DNA of 64,000 nt. It comes from Thecamonas trahens ATCC 50062. Its lineage: Eukaryota; Protista; Apusomonadida. Position numbers and translations under genes: made by a program. A model generated the notes under the pieces. That model ran no database searches and was not told the origin of the DNA. It saw only the letters and a program-made list of their open reading frames with translations. The stretch's first letter is position 1; every line of letters begins with the position of its first letter. The stretch lies in NCBI RefSeq assembly GCF_000142905.1, contig NW_013657677.1, positions 458,024 through 522,023 on the forward strand, written 5' to 3'. Below, piece after piece: positions 1 through 9,868 of this stretch.

Positions 1-434
1 AGATCCGGGAGCGGCGGTTGCTCTGGCAGGTGATAGTGCACGTAGTTCATGGTGTGAATAAGCGCAAAGCTTGCCGCCATGTACACACACAGCGCAGCAA
101 CGACCGAGCGCTTGGGATGGGCCATGACAAAGGCTGCCTCGCGCGAGCCGTGCTCGCCGAGGTCGCTGCTGGCTGGCCCGCCCAGAACCTTCTTGTCGAG
201 ACCCTTGGCATCCGACGCGTCCGACTCTGCCTCTACCGGCTCGATGAGCGCCTCCAGCGGGAGGGCAGGCGGTGCGTCCGAGACAGCACCGGCGTCAGCG
301 TGTGGGCGCGGCGAGGCAAGGCCGGCCTCCATGCGGTGGAGCGTGCCCATGTTGTTGACCGAGGCTATGCGGCGGACAGCGCCGTTGGAGCCCCACATGG
401 ACGACACGTTGGTGGACGAGGTCGAGTGGAGCAT
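1..434 (-). CDS. Sphingomyelin/IPC synthase family protein, 5' part (runs off the window edge)
   Basis: Not in the ORF track. My translation from ATG 434 is open to base 1: MLHSTSST...SVVAALCVYMAASFALIHTMNYVHYHLPEQPPLPD. A TM helix followed by VH..xP..PPLPD matches the D1 motif of sphingomyelin synthases. Confidence 0.7.
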   Translation of the reverse strand, partial: MLHSTSSTNVSSMWGSNGAVRRIASVNNMGTLHRMEAGLASPRPHADAGAVSDAPPALPLEALIEPVEAESDASDAKGLDKKVLGGPASSDLGEHGSREAAFVMAHPKRSVVAALCVYMAASFALIHTMNYVHYHLPEQPPLPD

Positions 435-754
435 GGGTAGGAGTGGGGGGGGGGAGGGTGGGGGAGGGAGGGGTGAAGTGTGCGAGGAAGGAGGTGGGGA
501 GGGAGGTGGGGAAGTAGGAGTGGGCCCATATTGAGCGGGCAAAGTTGGCCGGCGACGTGGCAGCGGCAGCCGTGTGCAGCTGGCCGTGCGTCCTCCAGAT
601 TTGCTCCATTTCGCCTATTTGACACCGTTCGCTGCGCCTCCATCCACGCACAGCCGAGGGGTTGACCGGCCAACCTTCCCGGCAGATTTCCTCGCCTCCT
701 CCTCTCGCCCCCCCCCCCCCCCCCCTTCTTGTTGTTGTACACACACTGGAAAAT

Positions 755-2071
755 ATGGCCCTTCGCATCCTGATTGCAGGTGGCGGCGTGGCCGGCCTGG
801 CCGTGGCCCGCGCCCTGCGCGCCCGCTGCCCGCTGTCTGCTGCAGACATCACTGTGTGGCAGCCGCATCGTCCGGTCGATGGTTGGTGGGGTGGCATGAC
901 GCTGACGCCGTCGGCTTGCCGCGTCCTCGACGCTGCGCTTGGTGTGTGGCCTGCTGTCTCGGCAGACGATGCCTCTGTCGCCATTGACGCCTTTGTCACC
1001 ACCGATGCTGCCGGCGATGAGCTGCTGCGCCTTGCCCCGGCCGCTGCGCCTGACTACGCGCCATACGGCTACCCGATGATCTCGGTTGAGCGGGCGGCGC
1101 TGATTGCGGCTCTCGCCGATAGCGCTGCACCAGCGCCCGAAGACCGCGCGCTGGCGAGTGTGGCGCACGTGCCGGGTGCCGGGCGCACCGTTGTCGCCAC
1201 CGATGCCGACGGCGGCGCCGATGACTTTGACCTTGTCATTGCTGCCGACGGCATCCACTCGGTGCTTGCGCCCAACGACGACGCACCACTGCTGGATCTT
1301 GGCCTCAAGACCGTCCGCGGCGTGTCAGACTCGGTTGCTGCCGCCGAGGCTGTCACCGCCATGGGCGGCGCCACGCTTGCGCTCGGCCGCGGCGTCTCGT
1401 GGTTTGCACGTGTTCTCCCGGGCGGCCGCTCGCAGTGGGCTGTCACGTTCCACTCGCCCGAAGACGCGTCGTTCCCGGATGGCGAGCGTGGCCTTGCCCG
1501 GGTCGCCGCGCTCGCCGCCGACGCCGGCCTGCTCGCCTCCGACTCGCTTGCGGTCGCCGCCTCACTCGACGGCACGCCGTCCGACGTGCTCCGGATCCAC
1601 CAGCTCCGTGATCGCGACCCGGCCGCCGTTGGCTCGTATCTGGTGAGTGGTGACGACGGCGAGGTGCTGGGTGCTCGCATCGGCGACGCTGCGCACCCGA
1701 TGTCACCGTTCTCGGGCGCCGGCGCCGTCGCCGCTCTCGAGGACGCCGCCGTACTCGCTCACACTGTTGCCGACGCCGCTGCCGGCAAGATCGACATCGC
1801 CCACGCGCTGCGTGCGTACAACGCGCTCCGTTTTGAAGCAGGCACCGCTATGGTCCTTCGGGGGCGGACTGCCACCACCACCTCGCACACCCGCGGCGCT
1901 TTTACCGGCTTCCTCCGCAACAAGTTCCTCGGCTTCACCGGCTCGATGCTGGAGCGCGCCCAGGCGGCCAACAAGGCCAACCACGTCATCGCCGAGCACA
2001 TGTACGATACCGCGAGCCTTGACTACGATGCAGCATATGAGGCGACTGCCAGCCCCCCGGCCGACCCGTAA
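755..2071 (+). CDS. FAD-dependent monooxygenase (salicylate hydroxylase/zeaxanthin epoxidase-like)
   Basis: ILIAGGGVAGLA (GxGxxG), DLVIAADGIHS (DG motif), IGDAAHPMSPFSGAGAVAALEDA (GD motif). ATG 755 follows a C-tract. Confidence 0.9.
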   Translation: MALRILIAGGGVAGLAVARALRARCPLSAADITVWQPHRPVDGWWGGMTLTPSACRVLDAALGVWPAVSADDASVAIDAFVTTDAAGDELLRLAPAAAPDYAPYGYPMISVERAALIAALADSAAPAPEDRALASVAHVPGAGRTVVATDADGGADDFDLVIAADGIHSVLAPNDDAPLLDLGLKTVRGVSDSVAAAEAVTAMGGATLALGRGVSWFARVLPGGRSQWAVTFHSPEDASFPDGERGLARVAALAADAGLLASDSLAVAASLDGTPSDVLRIHQLRDRDPAAVGSYLVSGDDGEVLGARIGDAAHPMSPFSGAGAVAALEDAAVLAHTVADAAAGKIDIAHALRAYNALRFEAGTAMVLRGRTATTTSHTRGAFTGFLRNKFLGFTGSMLERAQAANKANHVIAEHMYDTASLDYDAAYEATASPPADP

Positions 2072-2348
2072 CCAGCCAAACGAAGCCAAGCCAGACGGTA
2101 AAACCTCCATCTGCCATGCGACTTTGGCTCGGCAGCTGTGCCGGCAGTCGATCGGAGCGACATCCCGGGCAGTTGGACCAAGACCAAGCCACGCGGCGCC
2201 TCCGAGGCAAGCAGTCCCCTCCCCCCCCTACTCACCCACCCATACACATACTCTCTTTCTCTCTTGCTCTCCTCACACCTCTCCACCTCTTCCCACCACC
2301 ACCGCCGCATTTCCCCCTCCCCTCCCCCCCAACCGCCGCCACCTCGTC

Positions 2349-4463
2349 ATGTCAGTTTGGGGTGACAAGGGCACGGCCCACGGGTGGCTCTCGTACGCAC
2401 TGGGCGACGATGCGTCGGACCAGCACTCGCTGCTGTTTGCGCGACATGGGCAGGTGCCTGCGGCGTCGCTCTCGGACTTTCGCTACATCCGCAACCTTGG
2501 CATCGGCACGTGGGGCGCCGTCATTCTCGTCTCGCTCGCCCACACCTACGAGGTCTACGCCATGAAGGTGATGGAGAAGGACACGCTGATCAAGACCGAA
2601 ATGGTGGAGCAGACGGTGGAAGAGCAGGTGCTGCAGGGCGCGGCGTCGGCATCACCGCTGGTGGTCAACCTCCGGTACGCCTTCCAGACCGAGCGCAAGA
2701 TCTGTATCGTCATGGACTTTCTGCCCGGCGGCGACCTCTTCCGCCTCCTCTCGCGCCAGCCGCACAACATCTTCCCCGAAGCGACGGCCAAGTTCTACGC
2801 GGCCGAGACTGCCGTTGCCATCCTCCACCTCCACCGGCTTGGCATCATCTACCGCGACATGAAGCTGGAAAATGTGCTGCTCTCGGCCGACGGCCACGTC
2901 CGGCTCACCGACTTTGGCCTCGCCAAGAAGATCTTCTCCAAGCGGACGTCGACCATTGTGGGCACGCCCGAGTACATGGCGCCCGAGATTCTGCTCTCCA
3001 AGTCGTACGACACTCGGGTCGACTGGTGGGCCTTTGGCGTCTGCCTCTTTGTCATGATGGTGGGCAAGTACCCCAACACCTCGTCGCCCATCGCCAACCA
3101 GGTCCCGGCCTCACTTGGGCTCTCGATCTCGTGTCTCGACATCATGCAGTCGCTCCTCACTCAAAAAGTTAAGAAGCGGCTCGCCGGCCGCGACGTCCTC
3201 AAGCACCCGTGGTTTGCCGACTATGACTTTGACGCCGTCGAGCGCTTCGAGTACGAGCCGCCGCTTGGCATCGAGCTCGAGCCGCTGCCGGACCCAGTTG
3301 AGCTCCCGTCGTGGCCGCTCCTCACCGAGTCCCTTCTCGACTCGTACTTTACTCCGGTGACGGCCGCCACGCCTTCGGCTACGCCGCGGCCCATGTTTGG
3401 CGGCGACGGTGGCGGCGGCTCAGAGTCGGTCGCCAAGCTCGCCGACAGGCTCCGCGAGAGCTCGTCAGGTGCAAACTCGACCAACTTTCTCTCTGCACTC
3501 CCGGCTCACGCCCAGTACCCGGCATCTGGCCCAGGCTCGGCCCGCTCGCAGTCGACCTCGTTCGAGACCCCGCACCGCGGCTGGGCTCGCTCTACTCCGG
3601 ACCTCGGCAAGTTTGTCCGCCAGCGGACAGACTCGGCCAATTCGGCGCTGCCGTCGATGAGCCGCCCGCCCATCGCCTCCCGCGGCGGCCACGCGCTTGA
3701 GCGCATTCCGTCCGAGTCGCAGACGCCGCCGACGGGCCGCAACGAGCGGCCGTCGTCGTCGCACTCCCACTCGCACCGCCACCGCCACCACTCGTCGTCG
3801 CATGGCCACCACCACCGCTCGGGCCACCACAAGCACCACTCGTCGCGCTCCCACCGCCACGCGTCGCGTGACCGTTCCGCCTCGCACGAGCGGTCACGGT
3901 CGCGCTCCCGCGATCGGCGCAGCTCGCGCGACCGCTCTCGTGGCGACTCGGCGTCGCGCAAGTCTGATGACGCCGACGGCACAGGCTCGGTCGTCGATCA
4001 TGCCGAGGACTCGCTCACCTCGCTCGCAGACCGTGTCTCGGCGCTCGAGAGCGAGAAGCGCGCCCTCGCCGCCACCGTCGCTACCCAGGCCGAGCGCATC
4101 CGCCAGCTCCAAGTTACCACCTCGAACCACATCACCGAGATGTCCGACCTCCGCGACTTGGTCCGCGACCTCGAGGCCCGGCTCAACGACTACGCGGCCC
4201 AAGGCCACGACGAGCCGCTCGTTGAGGAGCCGCTGCCGGTGACTCGCACCTCGCGCGAGACTACGCCGCGCGAGAACGAGGCTCCGTTCCGTGTCTCACC
4301 GCACATGAGCCCGCGCGACCGTCGCCTGTCGTCGGGCGCTGAGCGCTCGCCGCGGCTTGTCCCCGAGCCGGCGCTCGTTGTCGCCACCGAGTTTGGCGAC
4401 GCTGATGATGAGACTGACTTTGACGACGACTACCTCTTCTCGTACTCGTCGACCGATGAATGA
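2349..4463 (+). CDS. AGC-family Ser/Thr kinase with a His/Arg/Ser-rich tail and a coiled coil
   Basis: LGIGTWGAV, YAMKVM, YAFQT, YRDMKLEN, DFGLAK, GTPEYMAPE, VDWWAFG, HPWF. The likely start is ATG 2349; the upstream ORF extension is C-rich intergenic DNA. Confidence 0.92.
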   Translation: MSVWGDKGTAHGWLSYALGDDASDQHSLLFARHGQVPAASLSDFRYIRNLGIGTWGAVILVSLAHTYEVYAMKVMEKDTLIKTEMVEQTVEEQVLQGAASASPLVVNLRYAFQTERKICIVMDFLPGGDLFRLLSRQPHNIFPEATAKFYAAETAVAILHLHRLGIIYRDMKLENVLLSADGHVRLTDFGLAKKIFSKRTSTIVGTPEYMAPEILLSKSYDTRVDWWAFGVCLFVMMVGKYPNTSSPIANQVPASLGLSISCLDIMQSLLTQKVKKRLAGRDVLKHPWFADYDFDAVERFEYEPPLGIELEPLPDPVELPSWPLLTESLLDSYFTPVTAATPSATPRPMFGGDGGGGSESVAKLADRLRESSSGANSTNFLSALPAHAQYPASGPGSARSQSTSFETPHRGWARSTPDLGKFVRQRTDSANSALPSMSRPPIASRGGHALERIPSESQTPPTGRNERPSSSHSHSHRHRHHSSSHGHHHRSGHHKHHSSRSHRHASRDRSASHERSRSRSRDRRSSRDRSRGDSASRKSDDADGTGSVVDHAEDSLTSLADRVSALESEKRALAATVATQAERIRQLQVTTSNHITEMSDLRDLVRDLEARLNDYAAQGHDEPLVEEPLPVTRTSRETTPRENEAPFRVSPHMSPRDRRLSSGAERSPRLVPEPALVVATEFGDADDETDFDDDYLFSYSSTDE

Positions 4464-4496
4464 AAATCGACAAGAGCGTTTACCAAAGGCGGCAGG

Positions 4497-5991
4497 CTAC
4501 GCTCGCCGGAGCGCCAGCAGCCGTAGCTCGCCGGTCGATGCCGAGAGTTCAAACGCGGCGTCGACAGTGGCCCACAGGATCGAAGAGTGGAGGAGGACAA
4601 GGACCGCGTCGTCGGAGAGTGTGGCGTACGCTGCGTGGGTGAGCGAGCCGAGCAGAGTCTGCGCAACCTCGCCAAAGACCGTGATCGGTGCGGTGACACC
4701 GGTCTCGTCGAGCAGCCGCATCTCGACCCTCCAGCATGGCTGCCCGGTTGTCCCGGGCTCCAGCACGTGGCCTGAAGGGCAGATTGGCCGCATCGCGCGT
4801 GAACACTGCGGGCAGGCGGTGTAAAACGCCCGCGAGCGATCACGCGCTGCAAACGGGAGGCCAAAGTCGAGAACACGGACACCGCGCAGGACGCCGATCG
4901 GCGCGTCCGAGCCCAGCGCAAACGAGCTGCGTGACAACTCGGCAATGGTAGTCTCGCGCAGCTCGTTGTGGCTTCCGGGTGCGTCGCTGAGAAGCGCACG
5001 GAGCGTCGAGGTCTGCCGAAGGCGTGCGGCGCGGGTCTTCCGGGCGTGGACAGCCACCGCCGCGTCAAAGTGGGCGTCGAGCTCATCCGGCGCCTCAAAC
5101 GACGGCAGGAGCGTGACCGAGCCACCAAACGGGAGAGTGAGTGCAGGCAGGCTCGCGCCAGCTCCCGAGTCGGGAAGCATCTTGGCGCCGTGGAGTGCCA
5201 CGAGCGAGCCGGAGGTGATCTCGGGCGCCACAAAGGCGGCGACATCGTCAGGCACGTAGAGTGCAGCGCGGGCCCCACCAGCATCGACCAGGACCAGCTT
5301 GAGCTTACCGCGGGTGGTGGACTCGCGCGCAACAACGCGGACAACCGCGAGATCGACCTTGCGCGGCTCCCGCTTGCCCGCACCGGAAACTCGACCGCCG
5401 CCGCCAGCGCGGTCAGCGCACCGCTTCCAACCCCAGCCACGTGATCCGGCAAGTACGAGAGCGTCGACGCGCTGGTGGCAGCAAGGACATCGCCAGCTGA
5501 GACCGGGACCACGCCCTGCCCCGTCGCCGAGCTGAGAACAAGCTTAAAGGCCGAGGTTGTTCGCGGCCCGTGGGAACTGCTCGCGTCGCGCGGCTTGACC
5601 TCCGGGTTTTCGACGGCGAGGCAGGCGACAAGGCCGGCCGTGGTGGCGTCTGCAGTCGCAGCTGCGGCTACTGCAGCTACCGCCTCTGCAGCAGCATCCC
5701 ACGCCTCGACAAGGATGTCCCCGGTGCCATCGCGGATGACAAGCGAGGTGACTGCACCCCGGAGCGGGCCGAGTCGAGAGGCCGGGGCCTGAGTTGATCG
5801 TGGCCGGGATCAAGCCCGCGATCATGATCGTGAGGCACAGTCGCCGGGGTTCTCCGCGGCCGCTTGCGGGTAAAGTAGCGGAGTGAGCGGAGGGCAACGA
5901 TGGAGCCCAGGACGACAACGTTTGTTGAAGTAGCTCGGATTGAGCCGATGGGGGTGCGGGCGAGGGCAGCGTGCAGCGGAGGGGCGTTCAT
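4497..5991 (-). CDS. MEIOB: MEIOB-like (RPA1-related) triple OB-fold ssDNA-binding protein, with two frame breaks
   Basis: Three consecutive frames give NVVVLGSIVALRSLRYF / SLVIRDGTGDILVEAWD...VENPEVKPR...SAFKLVLS / KLVLVDAGG...YTACPQCSR..C..CWRVEMRLLDETG..ITVFGEVAQTLLG. These are collinear with MEIOB OB1, OB2 and the zinc-ribbon OB3. Breaks lie near 5790-5840 and 5380-5440. Confidence 0.7.
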
Positions 5992-6076
5992 GGCCGTCGA
6001 CGAGTGTGGGCGGGGTTCGGAAAAGGCCGTGTGAATGCCGGACATGTTGCAGACGGCGATGTGTTTAGGGACAAGG

Positions 6077-7036
6077 TCAGGACTGACTGGGAGTGCCAGT
6101 GTAGCTGGCTTCGAGACGGGATCGCAGATGGTCGCCGGCGGTGAGTCCGGGCATGTTGCGGACCGCGATGTGGTCGTGCGGGTGGACAAAGAGGGCGAGG
6201 GCGAAGCGATGCGCGGTGGCGCGGCCACGGACGCGGTGGAGTGTGGAGGGGAAGAGGCCTGTCGACCAGTCGTGGAGGAGGTCGCCGACGTTGACGACGA
6301 CGGTATTGCGAACAACCGGGACGCGGATCCAGTCATTGCCGACAAGGACCTCCAGATCATCGCTAGTGGAAGCTGGGTCGTTGTCGTCGACGCCGCGATC
6401 ATCGCGAAAGAGAAGCGTGATGGTGCCGTAGTCTGTGTGCGCACCAGCACGAAGGACACAGCCGTCGTCGTCGACAGCCACAACGCCGTCACTGTCTGTG
6501 ATCGGCGAGTAGTGAAGGGCACGGAGGGTGGTGCCCGAGGTAGCGGCGGGCGCCGCCGAGGCATCGTGGGCGGCGACAAAGGCGGCAATGTCGTCGTCGC
6601 CCATGGCCTCGCCGATGGCGGCCAGCAGAGCAAGGGCGGCAGCCGAGGCAGCATCGAGGAGCGCGGCGAGTGCGTCGGCGTCGGCTTTGTCCGTGGTGGC
6701 GGCAACAGCCGCCAAGACTGTTGCGGCCGAGTCGCGGGGCAGGTTGAGCGCTTCCTTGCCGACGTCGGGGTGGGAGACGCCGAGCCTCTCCCGGCCAATG
6801 GCCACATAGCCGGCATTAGTCTCGGCCTCCCAGGCGCAGGCAGCGATCTTGGTCGTCGTGTCGGCGGTGAAGAATCGAGCGGCGGCGTCAAAAGCAGCGT
6901 CGACGACGTGGCGAGGAACGCCGGCAAAGTCGTCGACGAGGAAGAAGCCTGTCCGGCTGGCAGCGTCACGCATGTGCGCAGCTGTGTGGGGGTAGGGGAG
7001 GTGGGGAATGGGCGGGAGGTCCGCGATGGATGCCAT
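6077..7036 (-). CDS. 2-oxoglutarate/Fe(II) dioxygenase (IPNS/DIOX family)
   Basis: TGFFLV, AGAHTDYGTITLL (HxD), VVNVGDLL..W, STLHRV (distal His), RFALALF. Confidence 0.9.
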   Translation of the reverse strand: MASIADLPPIPHLPYPHTAAHMRDAASRTGFFLVDDFAGVPRHVVDAAFDAAARFFTADTTTKIAACAWEAETNAGYVAIGRERLGVSHPDVGKEALNLPRDSAATVLAAVAATTDKADADALAALLDAASAAALALLAAIGEAMGDDDIAAFVAAHDASAAPAATSGTTLRALHYSPITDSDGVVAVDDDGCVLRAGAHTDYGTITLLFRDDRGVDDNDPASTSDDLEVLVGNDWIRVPVVRNTVVVNVGDLLHDWSTGLFPSTLHRVRGRATAHRFALALFVHPHDHIAVRNMPGLTAGDHLRSRLEASYTGTPSQS

Positions 7037-7152
7037 GTGCGACGGGGGGGGGGGGGGGGCAGATTGTGACAGGTGTGCTGTTTCGCAAGCGACATTTACG
7101 GAGCCCGTGTCGTGAGTGATGCAGGGCGCGAGGGCGGGAGGAGGGGATAGAA

Positions 7153-9420
7153 CTAGGAGCGTACACGGCGGAGCATGCGGCGCTGGTTAGTGTGCTCGTA
7201 GGCGCCGCGCGAGATGGAGGCACCGATGGCGCGGCGGATGGTGTACTCCTTGTAACCGGCCTGAACCAGCTGGGTCTCGATGCGCTGCAGCGGCGCGGTG
7301 TGGCCGAGGGGAAGGATCTTGGCGAGGTGACGCTCGCAGTTCTCGAGAGCCACCTTCTCTTCTTCGGAGATGGGCCCCATGTCGAGGTGGCCCGACTCTG
7401 CAGCGTCGAGTGTGGAGACGCGGAAGAGGCGGAGGGCCTCATCGACGTGGCGTGGTTCTGCGACGGTAGCGAGCTCCATCTTGGCGAGCGACTCTGCAAT
7501 GCGGACGATGGCCTCGAGCTGACGGACGGTGATGGGGAAGGTGGCCATTTGGCCCGACTGGCGGGCAGCCTCGCGGACAGAGGAGCGAATATTGACGTAC
7601 TGGTTGGCGAGCGAGTCGGCGGCGGCCTGGGAGAGGCGCGGCGAGACCTTGGAGCGGGCGTAGGCGACGTACTTCTTGAGGAGCGGGATGGGCAGATCAC
7701 CGACGGTCCGCTCGATCTCAAGCGATTTGTGGATGGAGATGACGTGCTGGGCGATGCGACGGTCGTTGGCCTCATTCTTCTGGTCGCGGACGATAAAGAT
7801 GAGGTCGAAACGCGAGAGGATGGTGCCGCGGAAGTCGATCTGCTCTGCGGCGGACTTTGTCTCGTCGTACTTGCCAAACACCGGGTTTGCGGCGGCAAGG
7901 ACGGAAGTCCGCGAGTTGAGGATTGTGGTGATGCCAGCCTTGGCGATGGAGATGGTCTGCTGCTCCATGGCCTCGTGGATGGCGACGCGGTCCTCTTCGC
8001 GCATCTTGTCAAACTCGTCGATGCAGACAACGCCGCCGTCGGCAAGAACCATGGCGCCGGCCTCGAGGTAAAACTCGCGCGACGACGGGTCCTTGATGAC
8101 CGAGGCGGTGAGACCTGCGGCGGACGAGCCCTTGCCCGAGGTGTAGACGGCGATGGGCGCGACCTTTTCGACAAACTTGAGGAATTGCGACTTGCCTGTT
8201 CCGGGGTCACCGAGCAGTAGAACGTTGATGTCGCCACGCAAGCGCATGCCGTCGGGCAGCTGCTTGCGGGCGCCGCCAAAGAGGAGGCAGGCGATGGCCT
8301 TCTTGATGTCTTCGTGGCCAAAGATGGCCGGGTCAATCGAGTCCGCAATGTGGTTATAGATGTTGGGCTGCTCCGAAATGGCGCGGAGCTCCTCCTCCTC
8401 TTCGGGGGTGAACGAGGTGGAGGCGCGGCCGGTGCCATCCTCGTCGATGCGCATGCCGATGACGCGGACGTACGGCGAGGGGAGGCCGGCCGAGCGCGAG
8501 CGGCGGGTGGCGCCGGAAAAGGTGGTGTACTCGCCGGCGAGAGCGACCCGGGTTCCGGGCACAACCTTGTCAACCAGGTTGCGGTCGACTGAGAGGAGGA
8601 CCTGGCGCGGCATCTCACCGGTGGGCACGTCCTCAGGCGACTCCTGGAGCTTGAGCGTCTGCTGGTCGACGTAGTCGGACTTGTCGGCGACAATGAGGTA
8701 CGGATCGAGGCCGCAGTCGTCTCCCTGGCCCTGGCGGGCGCGGAGGCACTTACGCGGGACGACGATGCCCGAGAAGCCGAGCCGGCCCTTGAGCAACTGC
8801 TCGTCGGCGCAGGTCCGGCAACGGACGACGATGCCGGCGGCCTTGGCGCGGGTCCGCGACGCCGAGATGACGATGCCACGGATAAAGACTAGGCGCGAGA
8901 TGTGGACCGACATAAGGTCCCGGAGCTGGATGGGCACCGACGTGGTCTGCAGCATGACCTGGATGTCGGCAATAGCCGGGCTGCCGCCGGCGGCGCCTGC
9001 GCCGCCCAGCCCGCCGCCCACGCCACCCGCAGCGCCCTCCTTACCCGCCGCCAGCGGGTCGTCGTCAGGCAGCGCGCCGCCCGAGCCTCCGGGCGCAAAA
9101 ATCTGCTTGGCCGCGTCCTTGGCCGCCAGCTCAAACTGCTCCACATACTCTGCCGGCGCCTCAACCAGGGTGTCGGCCAGCGCCTCGTCGTAGGCCTTGA
9201 GGTGCTCGAGCTGGACCTCGAGCTGGTACTTGCGGAGGACGTAGTTGGCCCGGAGCTGGTCGCGGTAGGTAAAGACGTTACCGTCACGGAAGTTGCGAAT
9301 AAAGTTGAGGAACTTGGCCCGGGCGTCCGAAGGCTGCAGCGATGCCGCCGACCGGGGGACGAGCTCCTGGTCCGAGGTGAAAATTTGCCCAGCATCAAAG
9401 CCGGTGGCCACACCCGCCAT
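7153..9420 (-). CDS. MCM5: DNA replication licensing factor MCM5 (intronless)
   Basis: N-terminal GFDAGQIF, YRDQL, DQQTLKLQESPEDVPTGEMPR, Walker A GDPGTGKSQ, Walker B CIDEFDKM, Arg finger SRFD, ITVRQLEA. The true ATG is at 9420. Confidence 0.97.
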   Translation of the reverse strand: MAGVATGFDAGQIFTSDQELVPRSAASLQPSDARAKFLNFIRNFRDGNVFTYRDQLRANYVLRKYQLEVQLEHLKAYDEALADTLVEAPAEYVEQFELAAKDAAKQIFAPGGSGGALPDDDPLAAGKEGAAGGVGGGLGGAGAAGGSPAIADIQVMLQTTSVPIQLRDLMSVHISRLVFIRGIVISASRTRAKAAGIVVRCRTCADEQLLKGRLGFSGIVVPRKCLRARQGQGDDCGLDPYLIVADKSDYVDQQTLKLQESPEDVPTGEMPRQVLLSVDRNLVDKVVPGTRVALAGEYTTFSGATRRSRSAGLPSPYVRVIGMRIDEDGTGRASTSFTPEEEEELRAISEQPNIYNHIADSIDPAIFGHEDIKKAIACLLFGGARKQLPDGMRLRGDINVLLLGDPGTGKSQFLKFVEKVAPIAVYTSGKGSSAAGLTASVIKDPSSREFYLEAGAMVLADGGVVCIDEFDKMREEDRVAIHEAMEQQTISIAKAGITTILNSRTSVLAAANPVFGKYDETKSAAEQIDFRGTILSRFDLIFIVRDQKNEANDRRIAQHVISIHKSLEIERTVGDLPIPLLKKYVAYARSKVSPRLSQAAADSLANQYVNIRSSVREAARQSGQMATFPITVRQLEAIVRIAESLAKMELATVAEPRHVDEALRLFRVSTLDAAESGHLDMGPISEEEKVALENCERHLAKILPLGHTAPLQRIETQLVQAGYKEYTIRRAIGASISRGAYEHTNQRRMLRRVRS

Positions 9421-9574
9421 GGTTGGATGGGGAGGGGAGGGGTAGAGGGAGGGGTAGCGGTGTACGAGGGGGGGGGGGGGAGGGGAGGGGAAGATGGGGT
9501 GGCGATGGGGTTGATAGGGTTGATGGGGTGGAGGGGGAGGGGGGGGAGGGGGGGGGTAGTGGGTGAGACGATGA

Positions 9575-9740
9575 AAACGGTGGCTGGTGGCTGGCAATGA
9601 TGGTGGCTGGTGGCTGGCAATGGTGGTTGGCGGTGGCCGGGCGGTGGCTGGCAATGGTTGGCGGTGGCTGGCTGGCTGGCTGGCCGGCTGATTGGTGGCC
9701 GTTCGTTCGGTCGTTCGTTCGTTCGTTCGTTGGTTTGTTG
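9575..9740. repeat. Compound microsatellite (GGTGGCTGGCAAT-like units, (GCTG)n, (CGTT)n) in the divergent MCM5/HECT promoter
   Basis: Tandem units are directly visible in the sequence. Confidence 0.85.
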
Positions 9741-9777
9741 GTAAATGGCAGGTGATTTGCAATTGCCTCAGTGCCAC

Positions 9778-9789
9778 TTTGGCGCCAAA
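9778..9789. promoter_or_regulatory. Palindromic double E2F-like site TTTGGCGCCAAA
   Basis: A perfect 12-bp palindrome reading TTTGGCGC on both strands (E2F consensus TTTSSCGC), located between the divergent MCM5 and HECT genes. Confidence 0.55.
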
Positions 9790-9868
9790 CCAGTCTCTCT
9801 GCTGCAGTACGGCGACTGCGTTGCGCACTGCACCCCACAGGCAAGACCACGTCTCCCGAACCACGGCT

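Noticed and set aside
755-7036. Secondary-metabolite cluster made of the FAD monooxygenase and the 2OG dioxygenase
   Set aside because: They are separated by unrelated kinase and MEIOB-like genes, and there is no backbone synthase or transporter nearby.
6035-8879. Long antisense and alternative-frame ORFs (e.g. 6035-7069 +, 7192-8220 +, 6966-8879 -, and many like them across the window)
   Set aside because: These are shadow ORFs expected from high GC3. They have no motifs and overlap well-supported genes.
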